64,000 nt of DNA from Macrostomum hystrix (lineage: Eukaryota > Animalia > Platyhelminthes), in contig CATNEN010000029.1 in NCBI GenBank assembly GCA_950097015.1, positions 7,750,001 through 7,814,000 on the forward strand. Direction: 5' to 3'. Below, piece after piece: positions 36,491 to 47,321 of this stretch. The notes below the pieces were generated by a model. That model searched no databases and was not told the origin of the DNA. It saw only the letters and a list, made by a program, of their open reading frames with translations. Numbering within the stretch: position 1 is the first letter of the stretch; each line of letters starts with the position of its first letter. Made by a program: the position numbers and the translations under genes.

Positions 36491-39400
36491 CTGCCGCTGC
36501 CGCTGCTGTTGCTGGGCTGGACCGGCTACTGGCGGAAACTGTTTGTTGTCGGCCGCCCGACGACTGATGAAGTAAGAAGACAGATGTGAGAACAGTTCCT
36601 TATAAAAACCAGCTTTAGTGTACCATCGACTCCTCTAGTCAGCCAGCCCATAAATACATTTTATTGGGATTCCGACTTCGGTATGTTAGCAATCCCAGAT
36701 TCGGTCCACAACCAATTCCTCCTATAGAGCCTAGAAACGCTAGTTCTGCAAAAGAAGCAACCATAATAGCCCAAATTTGAGTCAAACCTCGCAGCAAACT
36801 CTTCATTCAGGCCCTCCCGGATCTCCGTATTAGATGATGAAGAATTTGGCATTGTCAAATCGGCGTTAGTTGCAGATTGTGTCTGCGAGTCGTCAGAATC
36901 GAACTCTGCACCGTCGGCACACAATCCGGTGCAGTCCACGCCTGACAGGTCGATTTCAATCAAATTTGTAGTCGCTGTGGATTCCTCGGAAACCAAAGGA
37001 TCAGTTGGACAGCTCGGGTTTGCTTCACACTGCGAGAGCTGCAGAGATCGATTTGTGAGCGTTTGATACAACTACATCATGACGACTGCACCTCAGAGTC
37101 ACTCACTGCACCTCAGAGTCACTCACTGCACCTCAGAGTCACTCACTGCACCTCAGAGTCACTCACTGCACCTCAGAGTCACTCACTGCACCTCAGAGTC
37201 ACTCACTGCACCTCAGAGTCACTCACTGCACCTCAGAGTCACTCACTGCACCTCAGAGTCACTCACTGCACCTCAGAGTCACTCACTGCACCTCAGAGTC
37301 ACTCACTGCACCGCAGAGTCACTCACTGCACCTGAGTCACTCACTGCACATTAGAGTCACTCACTGCACCGCAGAGTCACTCACTGCACATTAGAGTCAC
37401 TCACTGCACATTAGAGTCACTCACTGCACCTCAGAGTCACTCACTGCACCTCAGAGTCACTCACTGCACCTCAGAGTCACTCACTGCACCGCAGAGTCAC
37501 TCACTGCACCCCAGAGTCACACACTGCACATTAGAGTCACTCACTGCACCTCAGAGTCACTCACTGCACCTCAGAGTCACTCACTGCACCTCAGAGTCAC
37601 TCACTGCACCTCAGAGTCACTCACTGCACCTCAGAGTCACTCACTGCACCGCAGAGTCACTCACTGCACCTCAGAGTCACTCACTGCACCTCAGAGTCAC
37701 TCACTGCACATTAGAGTCACTCACTGCACTGCAGAGTCACTCACTGCACATTAGAGTCACTCACTGCACATTAGAGTCACTCACTGCACCTCAGAGTCAC
37801 TCACTGCACCTCAGAGTCACTCACTGCACCTCAGAGTCACTCACTGCACCTCAGAGTCACTCACTGCACCGCAGAGTCACTCACTGCACCCCAGAGTCAC
37901 ACACTGCACATTAGAGTCACTCACTGCACCTCAGAGTCACTCACTGCACCTCAGAGTCACTCACTGCACCTCAGAGTCACTCACTGCACCTCAGAGTCAC
38001 TCACTGCACCGCAGAGTCACTCACTGCACCTCAGAGTCACTCACTGCACCTCAGAGTCACTCACTGCACATTAGAGTCACTCACTGCACCGCAGAGTCAC
38101 TCACTGCACATTAGAGTCACTCACTGCACATTAGAGTCACTCACTGCACCTCAGAGTCACTCACTGCACCTCAGAGTCACTCACTGCACCTCAGAGTCAC
38201 TCACTGCACCTCAGAGTCACTCACTGCACCGCAGAGTCACTCACTGCACCCCAGAGTCACACACTGCACATTAGAGTCACTCACTGCACCTCAGAGTCAC
38301 TCACTGCACCTCAGAGTCACTCACTGCACCTCAGAGTCACTCACTGCACATTAGAGTCACTCACTGCACCGCAGAGTCACTCACTGCACATTAGAGTCAC
38401 TCACTGCACCGCAGAGTCACTCACTGCACCCCAGAGTCACACACTGCACATTAGAGTCACTCACTGCACCTCAGAGTCACTCACTGCACCTCAGAGTCAC
38501 TCACTGCACCTCAGAGTCACTCACTGCACCTCAGAGTCACTCACTGCACCGCAGAGTCACTCACTGCACCCCAGAGTCACACACTGCACATTAGAGTCAC
38601 TCACTGCACCTCAGAGTCACTCACTGCACCTCAGAGTCACTCACTGCACCTCAGAGTCACTCACTGCACATTAGAGTCACTCACTGCACCGCAGAGTCAC
38701 TCACTGCACATTAGAGTCACTCACTGCACCGCAGAGTCACTCACTGCACCCCAGAGTCACACACTGCACATTAGAGTCACTCACTGCACCTCAGAGTCAC
38801 TCACTGCACCTCAGAGTCACTCACTGCACCTCAGAGTCACTCACTGCACCTCAGAGTCACTCACTGCACCGCAGAGTCACTCACTGCACCCCAGAGTCAC
38901 ACACTGCACATTAGAGTCACTCACTGCACCTCAGAGTCACTCACTGCACCTCAGAGTCACTCACTGCACCTCAGAGTCACTCACTGCACCTCAGAGTCAC
39001 TCACTGCACATTAGAGTCACTCACTGCACATTAGAGTCACACACTGCACATTAGAGTCACTCACTGCACCGCAGAGTCACTCACTGCACCTCAGAGTCAC
39101 TCACTGCACCGCAGAGTCACACACTGCACATTAGAGTCACTCACTGCACCTCAGAGTCACTCACTGCACCTCAGAGTCACTCACTGCACCTCAGAGTCAC
39201 TCACTGCACCTCAGAGTCACTCACTGCACCTCAGAGTCGCTCACCGACTTCCTCTGTGTTCTATCCCCAACGGCGGTAACCGCAGCAGCCAGCAGGGCGG
39301 CGGTGTCCGAGCATCGCGCCCGGTCAGCCGGCGCCAATCCAGCCAAATCCAACTGTGCGGCATCCGCTCCGGCATCTAGCAGTAGCCGAATGGCTTCAAC

Positions 39401-39883
39401 CTTGCCGCCTACGGCTGCCCAGTGCAGCGGAGTCATGCCGGTGTCGGGACAGGCTGCACGGGCTGAGTAGCCGCTGAGCAGGAGTTGCCTAGCCGCCTGC
39501 AGGTCGCCGCACAGGCAGGCCTCGCGCAGGGCCATGGAGCCGATGGCGCGGAGACCGGCGGCAGACACAGCGTGGGCTGTGTGGCCAGAGTGCGCTAAGC
39601 ACAGCTGGACTATGACCAATGCCTGGCGCTTGTGACAGGCCTTAGCTCTTAGGCCGAACTGACAAATATTCGACACTGGACAGGTAAAACACACAAAACT
39701 GTAGCGAAGGCTGGCCTCATTAACTCGCAGATAGGATGCCTTAACAAGGGAATTGTGACAGCCAGCACTGCGCGTCCCCCTGCCTTTCACTAGGCGGCTA
39801 CCAGTGGCCTCAGAGAGCCGATCCACAGCCGCCTGCAAATCCTTATAGGTGGCGAATTCGCAACCAACAAATATGTCCGACAT
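35270..39883 (-). CDS. Uncharacterised protein (about 760 aa): N-terminal MULE/FAR1/ZSWIM3-N-like zinc finger, ankyrin repeats, acidic linker, polyQ, NLS-like KRRR and an unknown C-terminal region
   Basis: Exon 1 39883-39245 (donor TCG|GTGAGC), exon 2 37071-36788 (acceptor atgtag|TTG, phase 0), putative 42-nt intron 36787-36746, exon 3 36745-~36677 (weak donor), exon 4 36563-35270 (acceptor cttcatcag|). MSDIFVGCEFATYKDLQAAV...C-x5-C-x23-H-x2-H; ankyrin motif GMTPLHWAAVGGKVEAIRLLLDAGAD. The exon 2-4 junctions are less certain. Confidence 0.72.
37085..39244. repeat. 20-bp tandem array x~108 forming almost all of intron 1 of the zinc-finger/ankyrin gene (sense unit GTGAGTGACTCTGAGGTGCA)
   Basis: Period of 20; four unit variants arranged in recurring blocks. 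Confidence 0.97.
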
Positions 39884-40377
39884 TACTGCTTCAATTTGGA
39901 TGCTGACCAACCACACCTGACTTAAGCTGTGTAGCTTTGCGATTCTCGTCTAGGCTAATGATTAGGCCTGAAAGTAATTGTGATTTTTTCAAAGACTGTG
40001 AGGATAATTAACTAAGAAGTTTAAAAATTCAGTTTTTACTCATTTCAGGAATTGATTAGATATCTAAGTTTTGGCACAGCTTTGCTTGCACATGCTTGGC
40101 ACAGCTTTACACTTGATAGAGCTATATATTATAGATTTTTGTTTACAGGTTGAAAGTATTATATAATGAAGCCTGCAAATGTCTACTCTAAATAGGTCTA
40201 AATGGGATGTTTGGGTACATATTTCATAGTAGCATAATTCACTCCTGGCTGTACTTGGTTTTTTTTGCTGAATCTGAATAGGCTTCTTCTTGGTTATCTG
40301 TCTAAGAATTTGTACTTTTAATTCATGACTTTAAATGCCATACTAGAGCAAAATGGGGACTATATTGATAGGATCCT

Positions 40378-41168
40378 ATATGCATAGGAAGTGCTTATTC
40401 CCATGGTCCCATGCCAATAATTTCAATTTTATCTACACAGATCCATGCCGATAATTTTCTGCTTATCCACACGGCAGCTTGTATGAATAGGTCTACTTTC
40501 AAGTCCTTACCTATTCTTCTCTGCATATAATAAGGCTTTTGCTTCAGAGTATAGTGTATAGTGTACACTATCAATGCATAGTGTAAAAGAATAACAATGA
40601 TGTATAATATGTGTGACAAGTTTGGTGCTGCCTAGAATTCTGCTGGTTGACTTGTATGATAGACTTTTTACTTTTTAAATCAATTCGAATGAACGAATGA
40701 TGTAATGTAACGATGACAAAAGATTTAGTAAGTTGTTATTAAAATAATTAAAAAGGATGACATTAATGTCGGTTAATGAATGTGTAGGTCGAAATGTAGA
40801 ACACTGTCGTAACACACTGGCAACTTTGTTGATCTATTGGCTCAAGGGTTCAACAAAACATTCAAACCTGAAAGGGCCTTGTTTCAAATAACAGAACCAT
40901 GTGGATAAAATTTAAATTAATGGCATGGCATATTTATATAAAGAGTTTTAGACCTATTCATACAAGCTGCCATGTGAATAAGCAGAAACTTATCGACATG
41001 GCTCCATGTGGATCAAATTGAAATTAATGGCATGGCATATATAAAGAGTTGTAGACCTATTCATACAAGCTGCTGTGTGGATAAGCAGAAAATTATTGGC
41101 ACGGATCTGTGTGGATAAAATTGAAATTATTGGCACGGGACCATGGGAATAAGCTCTGCCATATGCAT
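40378..41168. mobile_element. Aged foldback/MITE-like element with about 105-120-bp imperfect terminal inverted repeats and internal subrepeats
   Basis: 40395-40497 (CTTATTCCCATGGTCCC...GAATAGGTCTAC) is the reverse complement of 41050-41153. Extra direct copies of the right arm lie at 40895-41050. Confidence 0.65.
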
Positions 41169-42735
41169 ATGCTCAAGGAAATCTAATGAGTGTGCCAACA
41201 GATTTCCTTGTATACATGGAATTAAAGTTTTCTTGCATGCCTACATGCTTGACAGGGTGTCTACAACTTTATTGATTTGTATGTGACTAATTTTAATAAG
41301 CCCAGAATGGGGTCCATAAATAGGGAAACACCAAAACATGCTGCAATGGGTCCAAAATGGATCCATATGGATCAAAGCTCAAAATATACAGAGGTTTTCA
41401 ATTAAGTCAACAATTACAAAGATATAGATGCAATAATTTTAATCAGAAATCTATGGCTACCTTACAAGACCGATTCAGGGGCCTAGCTGCAATAGCTTTT
41501 TATAAAACTAACAAAGGTAATTATTAACAAATGACTGTTTTTATAGAAATATTTTCATTTACATTGGTATCATTATAGCAATATTCTATATTCATTAAAA
41601 GTGTTCCAGTTTCAGTACATTATAGTCACATTGCAGTGTTTGTTTGTGAAGACAAGTAAAAAGTATTTATAAGTCAATGCCCTTAAAAGTTATTAGGCCT
41701 ACTAAAGTCATTACAAAAAAACTGTTTTTTTAGTAGTCCTTGATGCAGATAGCCTATGCAGTATATTAGCAATAAGCTACAATTATGTTAATGGCTATCA
41801 TAGGTGCATAACATATATTAATGGCTATAAAGACATATAGGCCTACCTTGCACGTAAGTTAAGCGTAAGTTACATGCACGATGCACGCTGCAGCCTCATG
41901 ATTCTAAGAAATTGATTTTAATTTTAAAGCGCGCAAGTTTGAACATACAATTTGCAGTTCGTAATTCCAAAAATTCATGTAATAAAAGAGAGAGAAACAG
42001 TAATCAATAAATTAGGCTCACTTAGCTGACAAGAGCTATTTTGGTGACTCCTATTTTGGCGACAACTAATAAATGATAAACATGAATTCGGTGCTAGTTT
42101 TTAATTTGCCTTTAAATAATAATCCAATTTTTTTTGCCACCGAAATGGACAGGGTACCGCCACAAACTATCCATTTAAAAAGCGCTTTTGCAGTTTAAAC
42201 GAGGAATTATTTAGACGCATATGTCTGCAGGGCTGTTTTTAAGGCATGGTGCAGCGAGGCTCTCAAATGAACAGAGAAGATCAGAAAAATGGTTTGATCG
42301 TATTTTCATGCTTGAGATAAAAACTCTATTGATTAAAAAATTACGTATGTACTCGTACGTCAGGGAGCCCACGAACATTAAATAGGCATATTTGCCTGAA
42401 ATAATGTACTCGAACTCAAAAGTACATAAACTCGGGGCCTTAAAGAAATGAATCAGATTTACTAAGGTACAATTATTCGTGGATACCAGAAAACTTAAAT
42501 AAGTTATAATCAGAAAATTGATTGAGGCATTTCTTCAGATACGCATGTCTAGAAATAATGCAGATTAATTTGCGTACATGCACTAATTTCATAGCGTCAA
42601 AAATAATGCTAGTTTCAGGCAAAAGCTGCATGCAAACATCATTAGATTTACTGTAAACCCAATAGTTCAAATAAGTTCGTTTCCAATAGTTAATTATAGA
42701 CTTATAGGCTTTTTAGAGGCTAATTAAGAAGCCAC

Positions 42736-44532
42736 TTAGGCCAGGGTGGGAAATGTCGCGTCGGTTGTCACGCCGCAATTGTTATCCTTCGCCGACATGA
42801 GCACATAGCCGTTGTTGCCCCAGTAGAAGCTCCAGCTGTTCTTCACTAGCCAGTAGGGCTCGCCATTCAGAACGCCATAGCCAACAGCCAGCACAGCATG
42901 ATCTAGATCCGTGCTGCTACAGGCCGGCTCGTAGTAAACGCCGGAACTGTAGAACACAAAGGACAGGTGCGAGGCGTCAATGGCAACGCTGATTGGGCCA
43001 TTGCGGTACAGGGCAGCCTTCATCGCGGTGATGTTATTCATCGGAACCTGAACGTAGCCGGTGACTTTGACTGAGGAATTCACCTTGTCAGCGTGGCAGT
43101 ACGAGTCCTGCATCAGATACGGCCCGTAGTCCTCTTCCAGCGCCAGTCCGTGCTTCTGCATGTAAGAGTAGGACGGTACGTCTTCGCCGCCGTTGCAGCC
43201 GTTGTTGCCGAATCCCCAGGAGCAGTCAACCAGTTGCTGCTGCGAGAAGCGGACACGCTTTCCTGTCTTCACAAAGTAGGCGCCTTCGAGAACACCAGCG
43301 GCACCGAACGACCAACAGGAGCCGCAGATTCCCTGGTCCTTGACAGGCGAGACGCCGCCCAGAATTCTCCAGTCCCAGCTGTCTGGCAGGCTGTCACCAG
43401 ATTTCGGCATAACAAATGGACGCCGAGTAGCCATGCCGGCGGACTCCAGAACTCCGCCGCGGCTCTTGCGACAACGCGATCTGACACGAAGCTCGTCTCT
43501 TGACTGGTCGGCAAGGTGGTTCACAGCCAGCTTGTACGGTAGGCCAGCACGGTTCTTTGAGTGGATGTAGCGCAGATTTTGACGGAATGTGTGAGAGCGC
43601 GTTCGCTCCTCGATTGGGCTGCCGTAGGGCTCAGAGCGACGATGCGTAGTTTGGAACCTTCGGAAGTGATAATCGACGGTGCCGTGATCGCCACCACTGA
43701 CCAGCTCGGAAAGAGGGTTCAGCGCGTTGACACCGTCGCTTGGTGGCGCTGGGTGGCACGCGTTAGGCGCATTGACCTCGAAATCCTTCGCTGCCGGTCG
43801 CGTCTTATCGTTAAACTCCATGTACTCTACATAATACCGATCGTAGTGCGAGCCAAGCAGTGAGTCGTAGCCAATCATGTCGTACCTGTAGGGCCGATTG
43901 TCCTTCTGTCCAGCCCACAGAGTGTACGTGTTCACCTTGTCGCCGTAGATAGTCTTGTTAACAAACACGTTGCACAACACGCCGCGTACTTCTTCGGTGC
44001 GAGTATAAGTGAAGTAGCTGGTGTCCGGCAGTACATTCTGCACGCTGAACACGCCAGCTAGTTGATAGCAGTCCCGTTTGTTCTTCTCTGTCTCGGTTGA
44101 CACCGGGTGCAGCAGGTAGCCCGAGTGAGAAGCGTTGGCGAAGCTGAAGCTCTGCACCATGCCAGAGTAGTAGTCGATCCTTGACATCTGCTTCTCGTTG
44201 TCGACGTAGGCGGTGAATGGCTCGGAGATCTCAGCATATGGCAACTCGATGCTTCCGCTGACGCTGTAGAACTTTGGAATCTTCGGCGGCACAGGTGGGC
44301 CTGGGCTAATATGCCGAAGAACAGTGTCGGCCGTGGCCCAGCCAGCCACCTGAAGCACGACTGTTTCGGCAATTGAATTCAAGGTAGTGTAAGGTGAGAC
44401 TTAATGGACTTTTCGTACGGCAACGAACAAACGAATCTATAAAAGTTGAACAGAATTAGATAAACTCGCAGACCAAAACTCACCTAGTGCAGTAACCAAC
44501 AGGTCCAGCTTGAATTTAGCCGAGTTGCCCAT
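42736..44532 (-). CDS. Papain-family (C1A) cathepsin L-like cysteine protease of the 26/29-kDa / CfaD type, about 557 aa
   Basis: Exon 1 44532-44484 (donor CTAG|GTGAGT, phase 1) and exon 2 44360-42736. Signal peptide MGNSAKFKLDLLVTALVVLQVAGWATA; N-terminal 26-kDa domain (SGSIELPYAEISEPF); I29-like propeptide (FRQNLRYIHSKNR, VNHLAD); catalytic QGICGSCWSF, LDHAVLAVG and VKNSW. Confidence 0.93.
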
Positions 44533-44607
44533 GTCACTAAGCATTCAATAATGGTTGCACCTGAGAAGATATTAGTCAGAACTCTTGTGTCTGCGCCACT
44601 GCTGTTT

Positions 44608-44615
44608 CATTTATA
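44608..44615 (-). promoter_or_regulatory. TATA box of the cathepsin gene
   Basis: TATAAATG about 80 nt upstream of the ATG at 44532. Confidence 0.5.
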
Positions 44616-44994
44616 CTAGTGAATGTTGCTGATGTGACATTTCCGGTGGGCTCGCGCACCACCATGAGTAAACACAGTTAGATAAACTGTGTTCGTAACT
44701 CGCAGTTTAAGTCAACAAAGCCAGAACCTGTTTAGATATCTAGATACCACCATTTACACCTGGACAAAAGCCTGGATCAAACTCGGATCGCTTTTGTATA
44801 ATTAAAACGCTTATCGTCTTATTGCGTCTCATTGTTGCAATTCAATATCGTGGAGCAGTTAAACCTATCATACGAGAAGGCAAGCTTTGCAAAGCTGTCA
44901 ATACACTGCGCAACATTACAATTTTTTGAAGTTAGCAATGATTCAGATAACATAGCTTATTCTGCCACTGCCTCTACAGTCCTACATGCAGTGC

Positions 44995-46086
44995 ATGAGC
45001 TGCTATCCTGCAGTCGGTGCATCAGCTGATATCCTGCAGTCAGCTGCATCAGCTGCTATCCTGCAGTCGGTGCATCAGCTGATATCCTGCAGTCAGCTGC
45101 ATCAGCTGCTATCCTGCAGTCAGTGCATCAGCTGATATCCTGCAGTCAGTGCATCAGCTGATATCCTGCAGTCAGCTGCATCAGCTGCTATCCTGCAGTC
45201 AGTGCATCAGCTGATATCCTGCAGTCAGTGCATCAGCTGATATCCTGCAGTCAGTGCATCAGCTGATATCCTGCAGTCAGTGCATCAGCTGATATCCTGC
45301 AGTCAGTGCATCAGCTGATATCCTGCAGTCAGTGCAGAGCTGCTATCCTGCAGTCAGTGCATCAGCTGATATCCTGCAGTCAGTGCATCAGCTGATATCA
45401 TGCAGTCAGTGCATCAGCTGATATCCTGCAGTCAGTGCATCAGCTGATATCCTGCAGTCAGTGCATCAGCTGATATCCTGCAGTCAGTGCATCAGCTGCT
45501 ATCCTGCAGTCAGTGCATCAGCTGATATCCTGCAGTCAGTGCATCAGCTGCTATCCTGCAGTCAGTGCATCAGCTGATATCCTGCAGTCAGTGCATCAGC
45601 TGATATCCTGCAGTCAGTGCATCAGCTGATATCATGCAGTCAGTGCATCAGCTGGTATCCTGCAGTCAGTGCAGCAGCTGATATCATGCAGTCGGTGCAT
45701 CAGCTGATATCCTGCAGTCAGTGGATCAGCTGATATCCTGCAGTCGGTGCATCAGCTGATATCTTGCAGTCAGTGCATCAGCTGATATCCTGCAGTCAGT
45801 GCATCAGCTGATATCCTGCAGTCAGTGCATCAGCTGATATCCTGCAGTCAGTGCATCAGCTGATATCCTGCAGTCAGTGCATCAGCTGATATCCTGCAGT
45901 CAGTGCATCAGCTGATATCATGCAGTCAGTGCATCAGCTGGTATCCTGCAGTCAGTGCAGCAGCTGATATCCTGCAGTCGGTGCATCAGCTGATATCCTG
46001 CAGTCAGTGCATCAGCTGATATCTTGCAGTCAGTGCATCAGCTGCTATCCTGCAGTCAGTGCATCAGCTGATATCCTGCAGTCAGT
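44995..46086. repeat. 26-bp tandem array (ATCAGCTGATATCCTGCAGTCAGTGC) x~42
   Basis: Period of 26 (45121/45147); the unit contains several palindromes. Confidence 0.97.
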
Positions 46087-46275
46087 GAGGAGTCAGGAGA
46101 TATAAACTTATAAAAGTACACTGAAAACTATGCTACTCGTAATTCGCAGAAAACTCAAGGTTGTTTGACTCGATCTAATTCTGAATAAACTGGTTGTCAC
46201 CGGTTTTCTATCGCTATAGATAAAGCGAATATAGAAAATACAGCACTGAAAGTCATCACACCACCATGTATCATC

Positions 46276-46940
46276 ACATGATGCCAGCTACTTGTAAAAA
46301 TTAACTGATAAGCATCACACTGGCAATGCATTTTTAAATTACACAGGTCAAGCGGCGATAATTTTCATGCGCGCTTGCGGATAGAAAGATTTCTTTGTAT
46401 TTTTGGCAGCTATTATAAACGATTAAGACTGTTAAGACTAATGTGCTTGAGAAAATGCACACAACTAGACTTAATGCAGAGGGTTAAAATGCAGATTTAG
46501 ACTGAAATTCAATCATCGCTATTTAAGCAGTATAAAATAGGAAACGGTACTTGTAGCTAAAATTAAAAGGTTTCATAATTCGGCTACTTAAAGTAGTATT
46601 TTGTACTGGCTGGGATTACAATAGATAACTACGAGTATTAAGCAACAGATACTACCCGGCAATAACCGACTCCTCGAGCTGAGGAAAGAGCAACAGAAGC
46701 GACTGCCTAGCGTCGGAGTCCAGATCCAATTCTAGGAGGCTGCGACCGAATTTAGTCACAATGGACTGCAGGCCGTGCTGGCAGGCCTCGCGCAGGGCGG
46801 CTGGCAGGCGCAGGCAGGTGTCATAGGCCTGCGACAGCGGCAGGTGCTGCTGGTAGGTATATTGCTGATGTTGCTGATGCTGCCTCAGCTGATTAGGCAA
46901 GCGCTGCTGTCTGGTGTCCGAGTCAGGGCGCGCAGTCGGC
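46276..46940 (-). pseudogene. Tandem duplicate of the last about 96 codons and 3' flank of NDC1 (665 bp)
   Basis: 46276-46940 matches 46946-47610 with no difference I could see; 5-nt insertion at the junction. Confidence 0.9.
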
Positions 46941-47321
46941 CAGCTACATGATGCCAGCTACTTGTAAAAATTAACTGATAAGCATCACACTGGCAATGCA
47001 TTTTTAAATTACACAGGTCAAGCGGCGATAATTTTCATGCGCGCTTGCGGATAGAAAGATTTCTTTGTATTTTTGGCAGCTATTATAAACGATTAAGACT
47101 GTTAAGACTAATGTGCTTGAGAAAATGCACACAACTAGACTTAATGCAGAGGGTTAAAATGCAGATTTAGACTGAAATTCAATCATCGCTATTTAAGCAG
47201 TATAAAATAGGAAACGGTACTTGTAGCTAAAATTAAAAGGTTTCATAATTCGGCTACTTAAAGTAGTATTTTGTACTGGCTGGGATTACAATAGATAACT
47301 ACGAGTATTAAGCAACAGATA

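Noticed and set aside
43093-44372. Overlapping and antisense ORFs within the cathepsin (likewise within par-3, NDC1, MRPL23 and the 27599 gene)
   Set aside because: Shadow frames of GC-rich coding exons with no independent motifs.
46652-46900. 82-aa ORF as a separate gene
   Set aside because: It is the duplicated NDC1 C-terminus, with no promoter or acceptor of its own.
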